A DNA stretch of 63,739 bases, filler included, from Octopus bimaculoides (taxonomy: Eukaryota): the NCBI RefSeq assembly GCF_001194135.2. It is 4 parts of 4 records of this genome, joined end to end, with 100 filler letters (N's around TTAATTAATTAA, not from the genome) between each part and the next. Parts side by side here need not be neighbours in the genome. Positions count along the whole stretch, not along the records: positions 27,774 to 54,380 come from NC_068998.1; 3 more parts are not named here. One strand, given 5' to 3'. The position numbers and the translations under genes are program-made. How positions within the stretch are numbered: the stretch's first letter is position 1; each line of letters begins with the position of its first letter. Positions 27,674-39,358 of the stretch are shown in pieces. The notes beneath the pieces are model-generated. The model saw nothing but the letters and a program-made list of their open reading frames with translations, ran no database searches and was not told the origin of the DNA.

Positions 27674-27773
27674 NNNNNNNNNNNNNNNNNNNNNNNNNNN
27701 NNNNNNNNNNNNNNNNNTTAATTAATTAANNNNNNNNNNNNNNNNNNNNNNNNNNNNNNNNNNNNNNNNNNNN
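27674..27773. other. artificial scaffold linker 44N-TTAATTAATTAA-44N
   Basis: Exactly 100 bp with a six-frame-stop core at 27718-27729; identical structure at 54381-54480 and 62511-62610. Confidence 0.9.
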
Positions 27774-28105
27774 GCTCTTCTTTTGCTGGGCTCAAATCTC
27801 ATTTGCGAACCCATGGAAAACGAACCTTCACCATCTACTCAGCCTATATATCTGTGCACCCCTATCAATGTCATGTATGCCATGAGGTCTGCAAATCTAA
27901 CAAAGGTCTCAAAAGACATTTTAAGATCACAAAGAACAGAACTTATCAGTAGATCTTGGTGGTCCAAATCGGAGGTGCAATCAATCTATGTGGGTGTCTT
28001 TTCAGAACATTGCCTGGTTTTAAAAGCCACATCAGATGCCATGATGGTTCTAAGGTGTAGGTACAGGAGGTGGTCAAGCTCTGCATAAGGAGTAGGCAAA
28101 CACCA
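27774..28105 (+). mobile_element. probable RTE-type LINE 3' end with C2H2 zinc-finger-like motifs
   Basis: SSFAGLKSHLRTH..HPYQCHVCHEVCKSNKGLKRHFKI..*..LCGCLFRTLPGFKSHIRCH; no TGEKP linkers; internal stop; followed by short UTR and (TATC)n. Confidence 0.55.
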
Positions 28106-28117
28106 TTTGTATGTACA

Positions 28118-28163
<46 letters not shown>

Positions 28164-28859
28164 GCTAGCTGTCTGTCTGTCTATGTATCTATCTATCTAT
28201 CTATCNNNNNNNNNNATATATATATATATATATATATCTGTGTGTGTGTATATATATAAGTTTGGAAAATCTAGTACAAGTTCAACTGTTTTTGCTGTTA
28301 GTGGTGGTGGTATTGGTGTTGATGTTCCAGCTGTCATTCCTGCTATTGTTGCTGCTGCTGCTGCTGTTACAGATTTATTAACAGGAAATTAGGTTGTAAT
28401 TAGCTCAATGATGGAAATCATGTTGCAACAATGCATCTTTTCACAACACTATTAAAGAGAGAGAAAATTTTGTCAGCTGACTTTGGGAAATCCATAAATT
28501 CTGCCTTTGTGTATGGTTACACGATATGTGTATGATGAATGCATACATTTGCATGAATATGTATATATGTATAAGTACATGTATGTATACAGTATATAGA
28601 TAGGTTTATAATGTACCTTGTGTCCTCTGGAAGCACATCTGCATATTCCATTGCTCCAAAGTAAATTTGTAGATTTGATAATACTGGAGAATACTTTTAA
28701 ATGTGAGCAACTATTTGTTACAGAGAAACTACATTTAAAAGCAGAAAACTGGATAATTTTTTAAGGTATTTACATTATTTAACATAAATATTTCTCAACC
28801 AAAGTTTGTCCCAAGTAATATTAAACTTAATAGCACCATCTGATAGAATCTGTCAAGTC

Positions 28860-29310
28860 ATTTTTAAGACAAGTTTTGTGGTATCATGGCCCATTCAAGT
28901 AGGGTGTTGTTGTTACCCAATATGTATCCAGTTATAAGTGGCTTATCTGGTATCCCTTGAAACCACAGGGGAAAGCAGTATTGCCGGTGTGGCCATACAA
29001 AGGAGACGAAAAGAGGAATAATGAATCTTGCTCTCTGTACAAGGAATTTCTGAATATCCAGGAGCACTTCTTACAGGGCATATCAACTTTATTGTTGATA
29101 TAAGTGCTCCAGCTGGGATTGTTGCCAACGATCATTCCTCAATTTTTGAAATAATTGGATGATGTGAGTAGTTCTCCTGAAGGAGTAGAATATGAATGTT
29201 TAGATGTGTTCTTTTTTTCCAAAGTGCGTGAATTCAAATTTTCCCTCAAGTAACCACATGTTGTTTTTGCCCACCCATTACCTTCCTGCATGTAGATCAG
29301 TTCAGTTAAA
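28860..29310 (-). mobile_element. CR1/L2-type LINE RT C-terminal remnant
   Basis: GKFEFTHFGKK..HSYSTPSGELL..GMIVGNNPSWSTYINNKV..KKCSWIFR..LFVSFVWPHRQYCFPLW resembles the DLGV..W..HI..RPHLEYC..W region; frameshifted. Confidence 0.7.
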
Positions 29311-29413
29311 TAGGTATACATGTTTTTTCTACGTGTAAACATTTGGAATTCCTATTGGTAATGTAACATATGTAATGCAGAATAAATAATACCCCCCCCA
29401 CAATTTTTTCCAG

Positions 29414-29448
<35 letters not shown>

Positions 29449-29469
29449 NNNNNNNNNNNNNNNNTATAT

Positions 29470-29822
29470 ATCATTATCATAATCGTTTAATGTTTGTTTT
29501 CCACGCTGGCATGGCTTGCACGGTTTGACTGAGGTCTGGAGAACCAGCAGCTGCACCAGGCTCCAATCTTATCTGGCAATGTTTCCACAGCCGGATGCCC
29601 TTCCTAATGCCAAACACTCCGGGAGTGTAGTGAGTGCTTTTTTATGTGCCACTGGCACAGGAGCCAGTCTGGCGGCCCTGGCATCGATCACGTTCAGATA
29701 GTGCTTTTTACATGCCACTGGCACAGGAGCCACTCAGGAAGCACTGGCATTGACCACATACTGATGGTGATTTTTACATACTACCAGTATGGGAGTCAGT
29801 CAGGTGGCCCTGGCATCGATCA
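29470..29822 (-). mobile_element. SINE/LINE 3' tail with internal tandem repeats of about 62-66 bp
   Basis: Tail is related to 47590-47690 and 51090-51180 (CCAACCCATGCCAGCATGGAA...GATGATGAT); three GCCACTGGCACAGGAGCC-type units at 29645-29822. Confidence 0.65.
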
Positions 29823-30439
29823 AATATATAGGCTAAATCAGAAAAATGAAAAAAATTGTTTTTGGTATTATTTATTCAGCATTACATAAGTCACATTACA
29901 AATATATATATATATATATANNNNNNNNNNNNNNNNNNNNNNNNNNNNNNNNNNNNNNNNNNNNNNNNNNNNNNNNNNNNNNNNNNNNNNNNNNNNNNNN
30001 NNNNNNNNNNNNNNNNNNNNNNNNNNNNNNNNNNNNNNNNNNNNNNNNNNNNNNNNNNNNNNNNNNNNNNNNNNNNNNNNNNNNNNNNNNNNNNNNNNNN
30101 NNNNNNNNNNNNNNNNNNNNNNNNNNNNNNNNNNNNNNNNNNNNNNNNNNNNNNNNNNNNNNNNNNNNNNNNNNNNNNNNNNNNNNNNNNNNNNNNNNNN
30201 NNNNNNNNNNNNNNNNNNNNNNNNNNNNNNNNNNNNNNNNNNNNNNNNNNNNNNNNNNNNNNNNNNNNNNNNNNNNNNNNNNNNNNNNNNNNNNNNNNNN
30301 NNNNNNNNNNNNNNNNNNNNNNNNNNNNNNNNNNNNNNTTATTTGACTGGGGCCATGCTGGAGCACCGCCTTTAGTCGAACAACTTGATCCTGAGTACAG
30401 CAGGAGCTGAAACCTGTTCTCATTGCCAGTGGAGATATG

Positions 30440-30965
30440 GTTAAAGAGCTACTACTAGTTCGTAAAGCAATAGAGGAAGCAGATGTATTTAGAAGAATTT
30501 TCAGCTAATTGCTATTTTAAAACCTGGCCACCTAAAACAAAAAAGGACAAGTGTAATAGGTGTAAAAAAAAAATGTGCATTAAACGAATATGAAAGCAAA
30601 AATTTGCACCAACGAACCAGGAAGTGAGGAGAGGACTTTCAGAAAATTCACAAGATCCGATTTTTTTCCTAACTTTTTGGAAAATGGATAGCTTTTAATG
30701 AAATTTTGTATAAATAACTTTCAAATGGCATAGATTACGATCATAAAGAAATTTGTGGGGAAAATCTTTTTCCGAGAAGGTGGGGAGAGACTTTCTGAAA
30801 ATTCACACGATCTGATTTTTTCCCTCATAATTTTAGAAAAATGGATATCTTTTGATGAATTTTATGCAAATACCTTTCAAGTGGTATAGATTAAGATTAT
30901 AAAGAAATTTATGGATAAAATTTTATTTTTTGCCAGGGACTGGTGAGTAGACTTTTGAAGAGAAA
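30440..30965 (+). mobile_element. possible piggyBac-like transposon 3' remnant with about 158-bp tandem subterminal repeats
   Basis: FKTWPPKTKKDKCNRCKKKMCIK (about 30515-30590) resembles a Cys-rich tail; GAGAG(G)ACTTTC.GAAAATTCAC unit recurs at about 30629, 30786 and 30945. Confidence 0.35.
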
Positions 30966-31844
30966 ATGTTCATGAATTACTTTTTGCTTGGGTGTAATGG
31001 GAAAAAGTTTGAAAAAATGATTTTTAGATAAATTAATTTTTCGTTTGAGTAATAGAAAAAGGTTTTAAAAAAGATCCCATGTGTAATGGTGAGAAAAACA
31101 AATTCATAAATAGGGTGTTGAATATGGTTTCACTATGGAAAATAGTTAAGGGTGATTTAGTTGTTATTGTTAACACATCTCCACCGTTCGGGGTAAGAAG
31201 AGCTGTATTGGATGTTTTACAGTGTAAATAAATGCACCAATACGCTGTTAAAGAGTTATTGGTGAATGACTTCAGGAACCAGTATACAGTCTTCCGTCTC
31301 ATCAGGAACCTGGATATCATCTTGCAGCCCTCAAAAGAAACTTGTGAAGTTATTGGGTTGGCAGTGAGATGAACCTTATGAAAAGGAACCAAGCAACACA
31401 TTGCTTCAGGTAGCCAGGCCTCATTCCAGGTCGAATGATGCACTTCTTGAGGCTTCCCCATAAATGTTCAATATTTTGCATGTAAATAGATGGGTTAAGG
31501 GGGTCAACAAAGTTTTCATTATGGTTAACCTTGATAGTGCATATGGCCCAGGTTGTTCAGATTATTGTAGGCATGCCAACAGGCACTGTAGATTATTATT
31601 TTTTTTTACATAAACTAACACACGGTTCCTAATTTATTTTCTTTTGTCTATAATAGCTGTGCATGGTACTATTTTATCCTTCTTTGGAATCTTCAGCACA
31701 GTGTAGCTTGAAATGAATTAATTAAGCTAAACTAGTTACAAGTTGTTATTGCTGAAATCCAGTTGAGAGATTTGTGGGACAGGGAGAATAGACTTTACTG
31801 CTGCTTCCACTTCTAGTACTGATTCTGCTGTTGCCTCTCTGCTG

Positions 31845-32000
31845 CATTTCAGCTGCTTCTCCACTGCTTCTCTGCTGCTGCTTCTCTACTGCTTCTCCAC
31901 TGCTTCTCCACTGCTTCTCTGCTGCTTCTTAGCTGCTTCTCTGCTGCTTCTCTACTGTTTTTCTGCTGCTTCTCTACTGTTTTTCTGCTGTTTCTCTGTG
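31845..32000. repeat. 11-bp minisatellite (CTGCTTCTCYR)n
   Basis: About 13 degenerate copies of CTGCTTCTCCA/CTGCTTCTCTG/CTGTTTTTCTG. Confidence 0.85.
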
Positions 32001-32460
32001 ACTTTTACTGTTGCTACTGTGGTTTCTACATAGCTGCTGTTTTTGTACTTCAACTGTTACAGCTTCTACTGCACCAGCAGTATTACTAATTAGAAGCTGA
32101 AGAAATGGAAGCCAAAAAATATCTGGAGACTCCCTTTTGTAATTCATTGATTTTTATCCATATTCCTTTGTTGAGAATTTAATCCTGACCGATAATATGT
32201 GGCTTCAGTGTTGTTGAGTGTGTTACTGTTGTGAGATTAAAGTAGTCAAGTTTGTTTTCTCACAGAACAAAATTTAATTAAAACATTTCTTTTCTATGAA
32301 CCAATGCCTTAACATATTTCATTAAGTCCTTCAAAATAGCACTGAAGCTGATGGTGGCAGCAACAATGGAATCTTAAAAAATTTTCTCAAACAAAGCATC
32401 TCTGCCTCCCTACACTGACATAGGACTACTACTACCACTACTACTACATAATAATAATAA

Positions 32461-32810
32461 GAAGAAGAAGAAGAAGAAAAGGAGAAGAAAAGGAGAAGAA
32501 GAAGAAAAGGAAGAAAACAAGGAGGAGGAGGAGAAGAAGAAAAGAAGGAAGACAAGGAGGAGGAAGACAAGGAGGAGGAAGACAAGGAGGAGGAAGAGGA
32601 GGAGAAGAAGAAAAGGAGGAAGACAAGGAGGAGGAAGACAAGGAGGAGGAAGAGGAGGAGAAGAAGAAGAAAAGGAGGAAGACAAGGAGGAGGAAGTGGA
32701 GGAGGAGGAGGAGAAGAAGAAGAAAAGGAGGAAGACAAGGAGGAGAAGAAGAAGAAAGTGAAGAAAAAGAAGAGGAGGAGGAGGAGAAGACGAAGATAGT
32801 GATGATGATG
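32461..32810. repeat. purine-rich (GAA/GGA) tract with GAAGACAAGGAGGAG higher-order units
   Basis: About 350 bp of almost pure A/G on the + strand. Confidence 0.9.
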
Positions 32811-32967
32811 AGGACGATAGGTAGAAATAAAAAATAAGAGGATTATGTTTTGAATTTTAAAATATTTTTAGGTTATTGTGACTGTTTCAAATCATCTTGT
32901 GAAAATGATAATAATAATAATAATGATGATAGTAATAATAATATTAATGATAATAAATAGTAAGACA

Positions 32968-33132
32968 ATAACAATACCAGTGATTGCAGGAGCACTTGCA
33001 ATAATAATAAGAAGAAAAAGGAACTGAAAATCATTTGAGAATGATTCCAGGCTTAACATTGATGCAGGAAGTACAAAAAATTGTTTAAACTGGTACATCA
33101 TGTGTATTGAGAAGAGCATTGTCGCTGTGAGA
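32968..33132 (+). mobile_element. Dong/R4 C-terminal fragment
   Basis: TITIPVIAGALA..KGTENHLRMIPGL..MQEVQKIV.TGTSCVLRRALSL* (frameshifted). Confidence 0.7.
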
Positions 33133-33349
33133 ACAATTACAACCTATGTAATTCTTTCCTTTTTTCTTTCATTTATTTTCTTGTTTGTTTGGTGGTTTCT
33201 TTTTTTTTTCCACATAACTTCATTTTGTAAATGAACAATCTGATGTGTTTATTTTAAAGGCCTATCAATGTATACAGTGGGTTTCTTTGTCCCAGATGTC
33301 AGGAAGACACTCAGCAAAAAACGAAAGCAAAATTGAAAGAAGGAAAACC

Positions 33350-33387
<38 letters not shown>

Positions 33388-33388
<1 letters not shown>

Positions 33389-33729
33389 CCTTTCTACTAT
33401 AGGCACATTGCTTGAAATTTGAGAGGAGGGGACTAGTTGATCATATCAACTGCAGTGATTCACTGGTGCTTAATTTATCAAACCTGAAAGAATGAAAGGC
33501 AAAGTCAACCTTGGTTGAATTTGAACTCAGAACATAGTGGGAGACAAAATGCTGCTAAACATTTCGCCCGGTGTGCTAACAACTCTGCCAGCTCACCACC
33601 TTCATATATAATAATGGGTCAATAAATTAAGTACCAGTGAAACACTGGGGTCGATGTAATTGACTAGTAACCTTCCCCAAAAAATTGAGGTCTTGTGCCT
33701 CCAGTAGAAAGGATCATCATTATTTTTAT

Positions 33730-33762
<33 letters not shown>

Positions 33763-33990
33763 TATTATATGAGGTTATGAGCTGGCAGAGTCGTTAGCAT
33801 GCCTGGCAAAATGCTTAATGGCATTTCGCCCATCATTACATTCTGAGTTCAAATTCCGCTGAGATTGACTTTGCCTTGCATCTGTTTGAGGATGATAAAA
33901 ATAAGTACCAGCGAAACAATAGGGTCGACATAATGAACTAATACCTTCCCCACAAATGTCAGGCCTTGTGCCTTTAGTAGAAAGGATTAT
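33388..33990. mobile_element. head-to-head SINE family B copies
   Basis: Minus copy 33388-33600, 3'-half plus fragment 33618-33715, plus copy 33775-33990. Confidence 0.75.
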
Positions 33991-34064
33991 TATTATGATT
34001 ATTATTATAATTATTATTATAATTATTATTATCATCATTATTAGAATGCACTAGTGTAATACTC

Positions 34065-34410
34065 CCTTTACTCTCTTTTACTTGTTTCAGTCATTTGACT
34101 GTGGTCATGCTGGAGCACCGCCTTTAGTTGAGCAAATCGACCCCAGGACTTATTCTTTGTAAGCCTAGTACTTATTCTATCAATCTCTTTAGCTGAACCG
34201 CTAAGTTACAGGGATGTAAACACACTAGCATCGGTTGTCAAGCGATGATGGGGGTGGGGGAACAAACACAGACACACAAATACACATATGTATATACATA
34301 TACATATATACGATGGGCTTCTTTTAGTTTCCGTGTACCAAATCCACTCACAAGGCTTTGGTTGGCCAGAGGCTATAGTAGAAGACACTTGCCCAAGGTG
34401 CCACACAGCC
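34065..34410 (-). mobile_element. SINE family A, 5'-truncated
   Basis: Reverse-complement match from tail to GACACTTGCCCAAGGTGCC. Confidence 0.8.
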
Positions 34411-35689
34411 TCTCCTGCACCTAATAATAATAATAAAAATAATTGTCTTAAATTTTGATACCAGGACAACAATTTTAGGTACAGTTAATTAGAGCAACCC
34501 CAAGACTGTATTCTATCGACCTTGAAAGGATGAAAAGCAGACCTGAATAAAGTAGGATTTGAACTCAGAGCATAAAGAACCAGAAAAAAATGCTACTAAG
34601 CACCATTACCACAAACAATGCTGCCACCACTGTCACTACTACAACTACTACTTCGTTATTGCCACCATTATGACCACCACTGACACCACCACCACTACCA
34701 TGACCACCACCAACAACAACAGTGCTGCCACCACTGCAACTACTACTACCACCACCACCACCACCACCACCACCACCACTATTACTACTGCTACCTCACC
34801 ACATACCACCACCACTACTACTACACCACATACCACCGCCACTATCACCACCACTACCACTACCTTCACCGCTACCATTAACACTACTGCTATGTCACTA
34901 TTAACACTTGCACAACCATCACCACTTCTCCACTGCTGCCACCAGCGCCATTACCACTACTACTACTACTACTACTACAAAATCAACAAACTTGTTTATA
35001 TGGGACAGAAATACAATCCTAATAATTACATCTGTGATTCATTACTTGTTGTGTTGTTGTTGCTGTCGTTGTTGTCGTCGTCATCATTTCTGCTCTGTTC
35101 CTTGATGTGCTGGAAACGGCAGCCACCTGTCTTATAACAGATCTACTATTATTATATTGTCATGCATCTGTACAACTTAAAACTTAGTTACATGTAATTT
35201 TAATTTGATGCTCTTCTTACCTGGTACACATGGTAAAAATATAAATTGACATAATGACAGTGAATATTAGGATGGGAAATTTCGGTGGGGTGTAGGCAGA
35301 TGGTGATGGATGCAGGACTACATGTGGTATTGTTTTTTTATGTTGCTGTTATTGTTATTGTCATTGTTGATGTCATTGTTGTATAGTGTATGATGATTTT
35401 GTTATTTCATTATTCCGAGACTCTTTTTGCTGATCACACACACACACACACACGTTCTAACAGATACAAACATACGTGTGTGTGTGTGTATGTAAATGCA
35501 TACTTTGATGCACATACAATGCACAATTAAATATAGATATGTATATCTATCTATTTATCTGTCTGTCTGTATGTATGTATGTATGTCTCTCGTCTGTCTG
35601 TTAATCTATCCATTTATGTTTCTATCTATTTATCTGTACAGAATGGAAAGAGTATGTAGTTCTGTGTGTGTGTGTATTGTAGGCATATA

Positions 35690-35737
<48 letters not shown>

Positions 35738-36022
35738 NNNNNNNNNNNNNNNNNNNNNNNNNNNNNNNNNNNNNNNNNNNNNNNNNNNNNNNNNNNNNNN
35801 NNNNNNNNNNNNNNNNNNNNNNNNNNNNNNNNNNNNNNNNNNNNNNNNNNNNNNNNNNNNNNNNNNNNNNNNNNNNNNNNNNNNNNNNNNNNNNNNNNNN
35901 NNNNNNNNNNNNNNNNNNNNNNNNNNNNNNNNNNNNNNNNNNNNNNNNNTATATATATATAGATAGATAGATAGATATATGTATTTATGTATATATATTG
36001 TATATTTATGTGTGTATGTGCA

Positions 36023-36070
<48 letters not shown>

Positions 36071-36567
36071 ATATACATACATCATTATATCCACATGTGG
36101 ATAGATAGGTAGAAACATACATGCATCCATGATGTAGCATAATTGCATTATGAGATGCACACCAAATAAACACACACACTTACACATCCATATTCAACAC
36201 ACATACATAGAAATATACACACATACTATACTTATACACACACACACATCCATAAAAACATACATGCAAACATGTATGCACGCATCAAAGGTAGAGACAC
36301 ATTTGTGTACCAAACATCCATAGTCACGCAATGCATAAATGGAAGCTCATTCATGCATACGCATTCATAAAGAACTGTGAAGTAATCACACACATACACA
36401 CACATTTGCATATAGACATCCGCATATATGCACACACGGAACTCACAGTCACCTCTTCACAAAACTCTGGGACTGTCTTCTTTCAAACAATGGAACTCCA
36501 TGCTTGTGAGTGACAGGCAGGAATTATGGGAAGAATTTAAATAACACTCAAAGAAAACCCTACATGC

Positions 36568-36637
<70 letters not shown>

Positions 36638-36815
36638 ATTTATATGTGTGTGTGTGTGTGTGTATATATATGTGCGTGTGTGTGTAGAAATATATATACA
36701 TATATAGGCACATATGTATATACATACATTCATTCATACTTACAAACATGCATACATATGTATGTACAAACAAACATACACTTACAAATAGATATGGACA
36801 TATATATTTACAAGC

Positions 36816-36851
<36 letters not shown>

Positions 36852-37106
36852 ATACAAAATTACATACAAATATATAGATTACACACATACATTCCTACAA
36901 GCGCATCCATAAATCCATCCATTCATGCATACACACATACCTACACAAACACATGCATACAGTCATACATACACATAGAGTTTATGGTAATGTATTTGAA
37001 TAAAATAATGCGCTGCATTGTAATGTAAGTATCTTTGGCACATACAGTAAATGAATAAACAGTTATTCTATTAATTACTATTTTTATAATCACTAATATT
37101 ATAATT

Positions 37107-37420
37107 GTGAAGGCTCAATGGCCCAGTGGTTAGGGCAGTGGACTCGCGGTCGGAGGATCGCGGTTTCGATTCTTAGACCAGGCGTTGTGTGTGTTTATTG
37201 AGCGGAAACACCTAACGCTCCACGAGGCTCCAGAAAGGGGTGGTGGCGACCCCTGTTGTACTCTTTCGCCCCAGCTTTCTCTCACTCTTTCTTCCTGTTT
37301 CTTGAGTAATGCTGCAATGGACTAGTGTCCTGTCCAGCTGGGGGGTAAAAAACATATGCCATAGAAACCGGGAAACCGGGCCCATGAGCCTGTCTAGGCT
37401 TTAAAAGGGTGCATAAATAA
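37107..37420 (+). mobile_element. SINE with tRNA-like head
   Basis: A-box-like TGGCCCAGTGG and B-box-like GGTTTCGATTC; body is shared with 6240-6350. Confidence 0.7.
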
Positions 37421-37769
37421 ATAGATAAAATATAATTATTAATAAGACAATGAACTGGCAAAGTCATTACCGTGCTGGAAAATATGCTTAGCAGCATTTC
37501 ATCGTTTGTTATGATCTGAGTTCAAATTGTGCCAAGGTTAACTTAGCCATAGTAATGTAAGTATCTTTGGCACAAGCAGTAAATAAATAAACAGTTATTC
37601 TATTAATTACTATTCTAATAATCACTGGGATCGATGTCAACGACTGGTCCCCTGACCCAAAATTCCAGGCCTTGTGCTTTTAGTAGAAAGAATTATTATC
37701 ATTGTTGTTGTTTTACTTCTCAGAACACTCAGTCTTGTTTACTCTGGTTGATTCTGTGAGAACGAACAG

Positions 37770-38170
37770 CAGCCTGTTGTCAGAGATCTCACAGGTTCTG
37801 GTCTCTTTCTGCACTTTATAACCTTTGATACTTGGTTGTTAATTATTGTGAGAGACATTCACTCGTCTTATGAATTTTGTCTAGTTCTTCGTCACTTATG
37901 CATGCATTTCCAGGTATAGCAATTTCTATGATCTTGGTTCCCTTTTTCCTTTTATCTACTACAACAATATCTGGTCTCTGAGCCTCGATTAGTGAATCAC
38001 GTTGGATTGTAAAATCCCACAGAATCTTATATTCCTTATTCTCAGTGACTTCTTTTGGTTCATGTTTGTACCATTTCTGTGCTCTATCCAGGATATACTT
38101 TACATATTGCCTCCAGTGGATGTACTTAGCCATGTTATCATGTCTTCTTTTGTAGTGCTACATTCATTCA
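37770..38170 (-). mobile_element. Dong/R4-clade RLE domain fragment
   Basis: MAKYIHW..KWYKHEPKEVTENKEYKILWDFTIQRDSLIEAQRPDIVVVDKRKKGTKIIEIAIPG..ELDKI: PD-(D/E)xK RLE signature. Confidence 0.9.
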
Positions 38171-38209
38171 CAATACGTGAGATTGTTTCATATGACTGCT
38201 TACTGCATT

Positions 38210-38620
38210 TTCTTTTACTTGTTTCAGTCATTTGACTGCAGCCATGCTGGAGCACCACCTTTAGTCGAGCAAATCGACCCCAGAGCTTATTCTTTGCAAG
38301 CCTAGTACTTATTCTATCGGTCTCTTTTGCTGAACTGCTAAGTTATGGGGACATAAGCACACCAGCTTCAGTTGTCAAACGATGTTGGGGGGGGGTGGGA
38401 CAAACACAGACACACAAACATATACACACACATACATATACATATATATATATATATACACATATATGATGGGCTTCTTCCAGTTTCCGTCTATCAAATC
38501 CACTCACAAGGCTTTGGTCGGCGTGAGGCTATAGTAGAAGACACTTGCCCAAAGTGCCACACAGTGGAACTGAACCAGAGACCATGTGGTTGGCAAACAA
38601 GCTACTTACCACACAGCCAC
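38210..38620 (-). mobile_element. SINE family A, full length
   Basis: Reverse-complement match along the full length. Confidence 0.85.
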
Positions 38621-38699
38621 AATGTATGAGATTGTTTCATTTGTTATTATTATTATTATTCTTGAGTGAGAGAGCAGTATTGTTTCATGTATTATCATT

Positions 38700-39255
38700 T
38701 TTATTATTGAGTGAGAGAGCAGTGCATGCCATCAAAGTGACACTGGGGCAAAATATACGAAGCCCATTATACACATCATGACTACCAGGTCTGAAAAGGG
38801 TACACCAGGCACATGCATCACAACCATATGTGCGCAACATGGTGACCTCATATCAAGATAAACAGCGCATGACCTCGCATGTGGGGCCCAGTTAGAATTT
38901 TCTTCAGGTCGAGTAGCCCATTCCACTCAAAAGGTCCCTAAATAAGGTTTGATTAAGGGTGTTGAACGAAACACTCACGTTTCCAAAGGTAAATTATTCA
39001 AACCCCAAAGAATTCCTCTCAACACATGGCCATGATGCTCCCCCACTACTTCTGCTCGTGATCAGAAATGCACATATTGTCAGCCACCAAGGGACATGCT
39101 CAACTGGTAAAGGTCAAACAACTGACAAACAGAATATTTGCTGTTGCCCATCTTTTTATACCAAGACAAAACAATGTACATTATAACACTTCCAATCAAT
39201 TAAGATCACAAGCCATGAGAGCCACTGCCTAGTACTGCATCTGGGTATTTTATTA
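38700..39255 (-). mobile_element. about 550-bp non-coding element bounded by (TAA)n
   Basis: Partial copies at 27085-27322 (-), 42926-43160 (+) and 47010-47170 (-); intact termini abut TAA/TTA runs. Confidence 0.7.
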
Positions 39256-39324
39256 CTATTATTATCATTATTATTCTTCTTCTTATTATTATTATTATTG
39301 TTGCTGCTGTCATCATCATCACCA

Positions 39325-39358
<34 letters not shown>

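Noticed and set aside
37107-37180. tRNA gene
   Set aside because: A and B boxes are present but there is no proper cloverleaf, and it continues into a SINE body.
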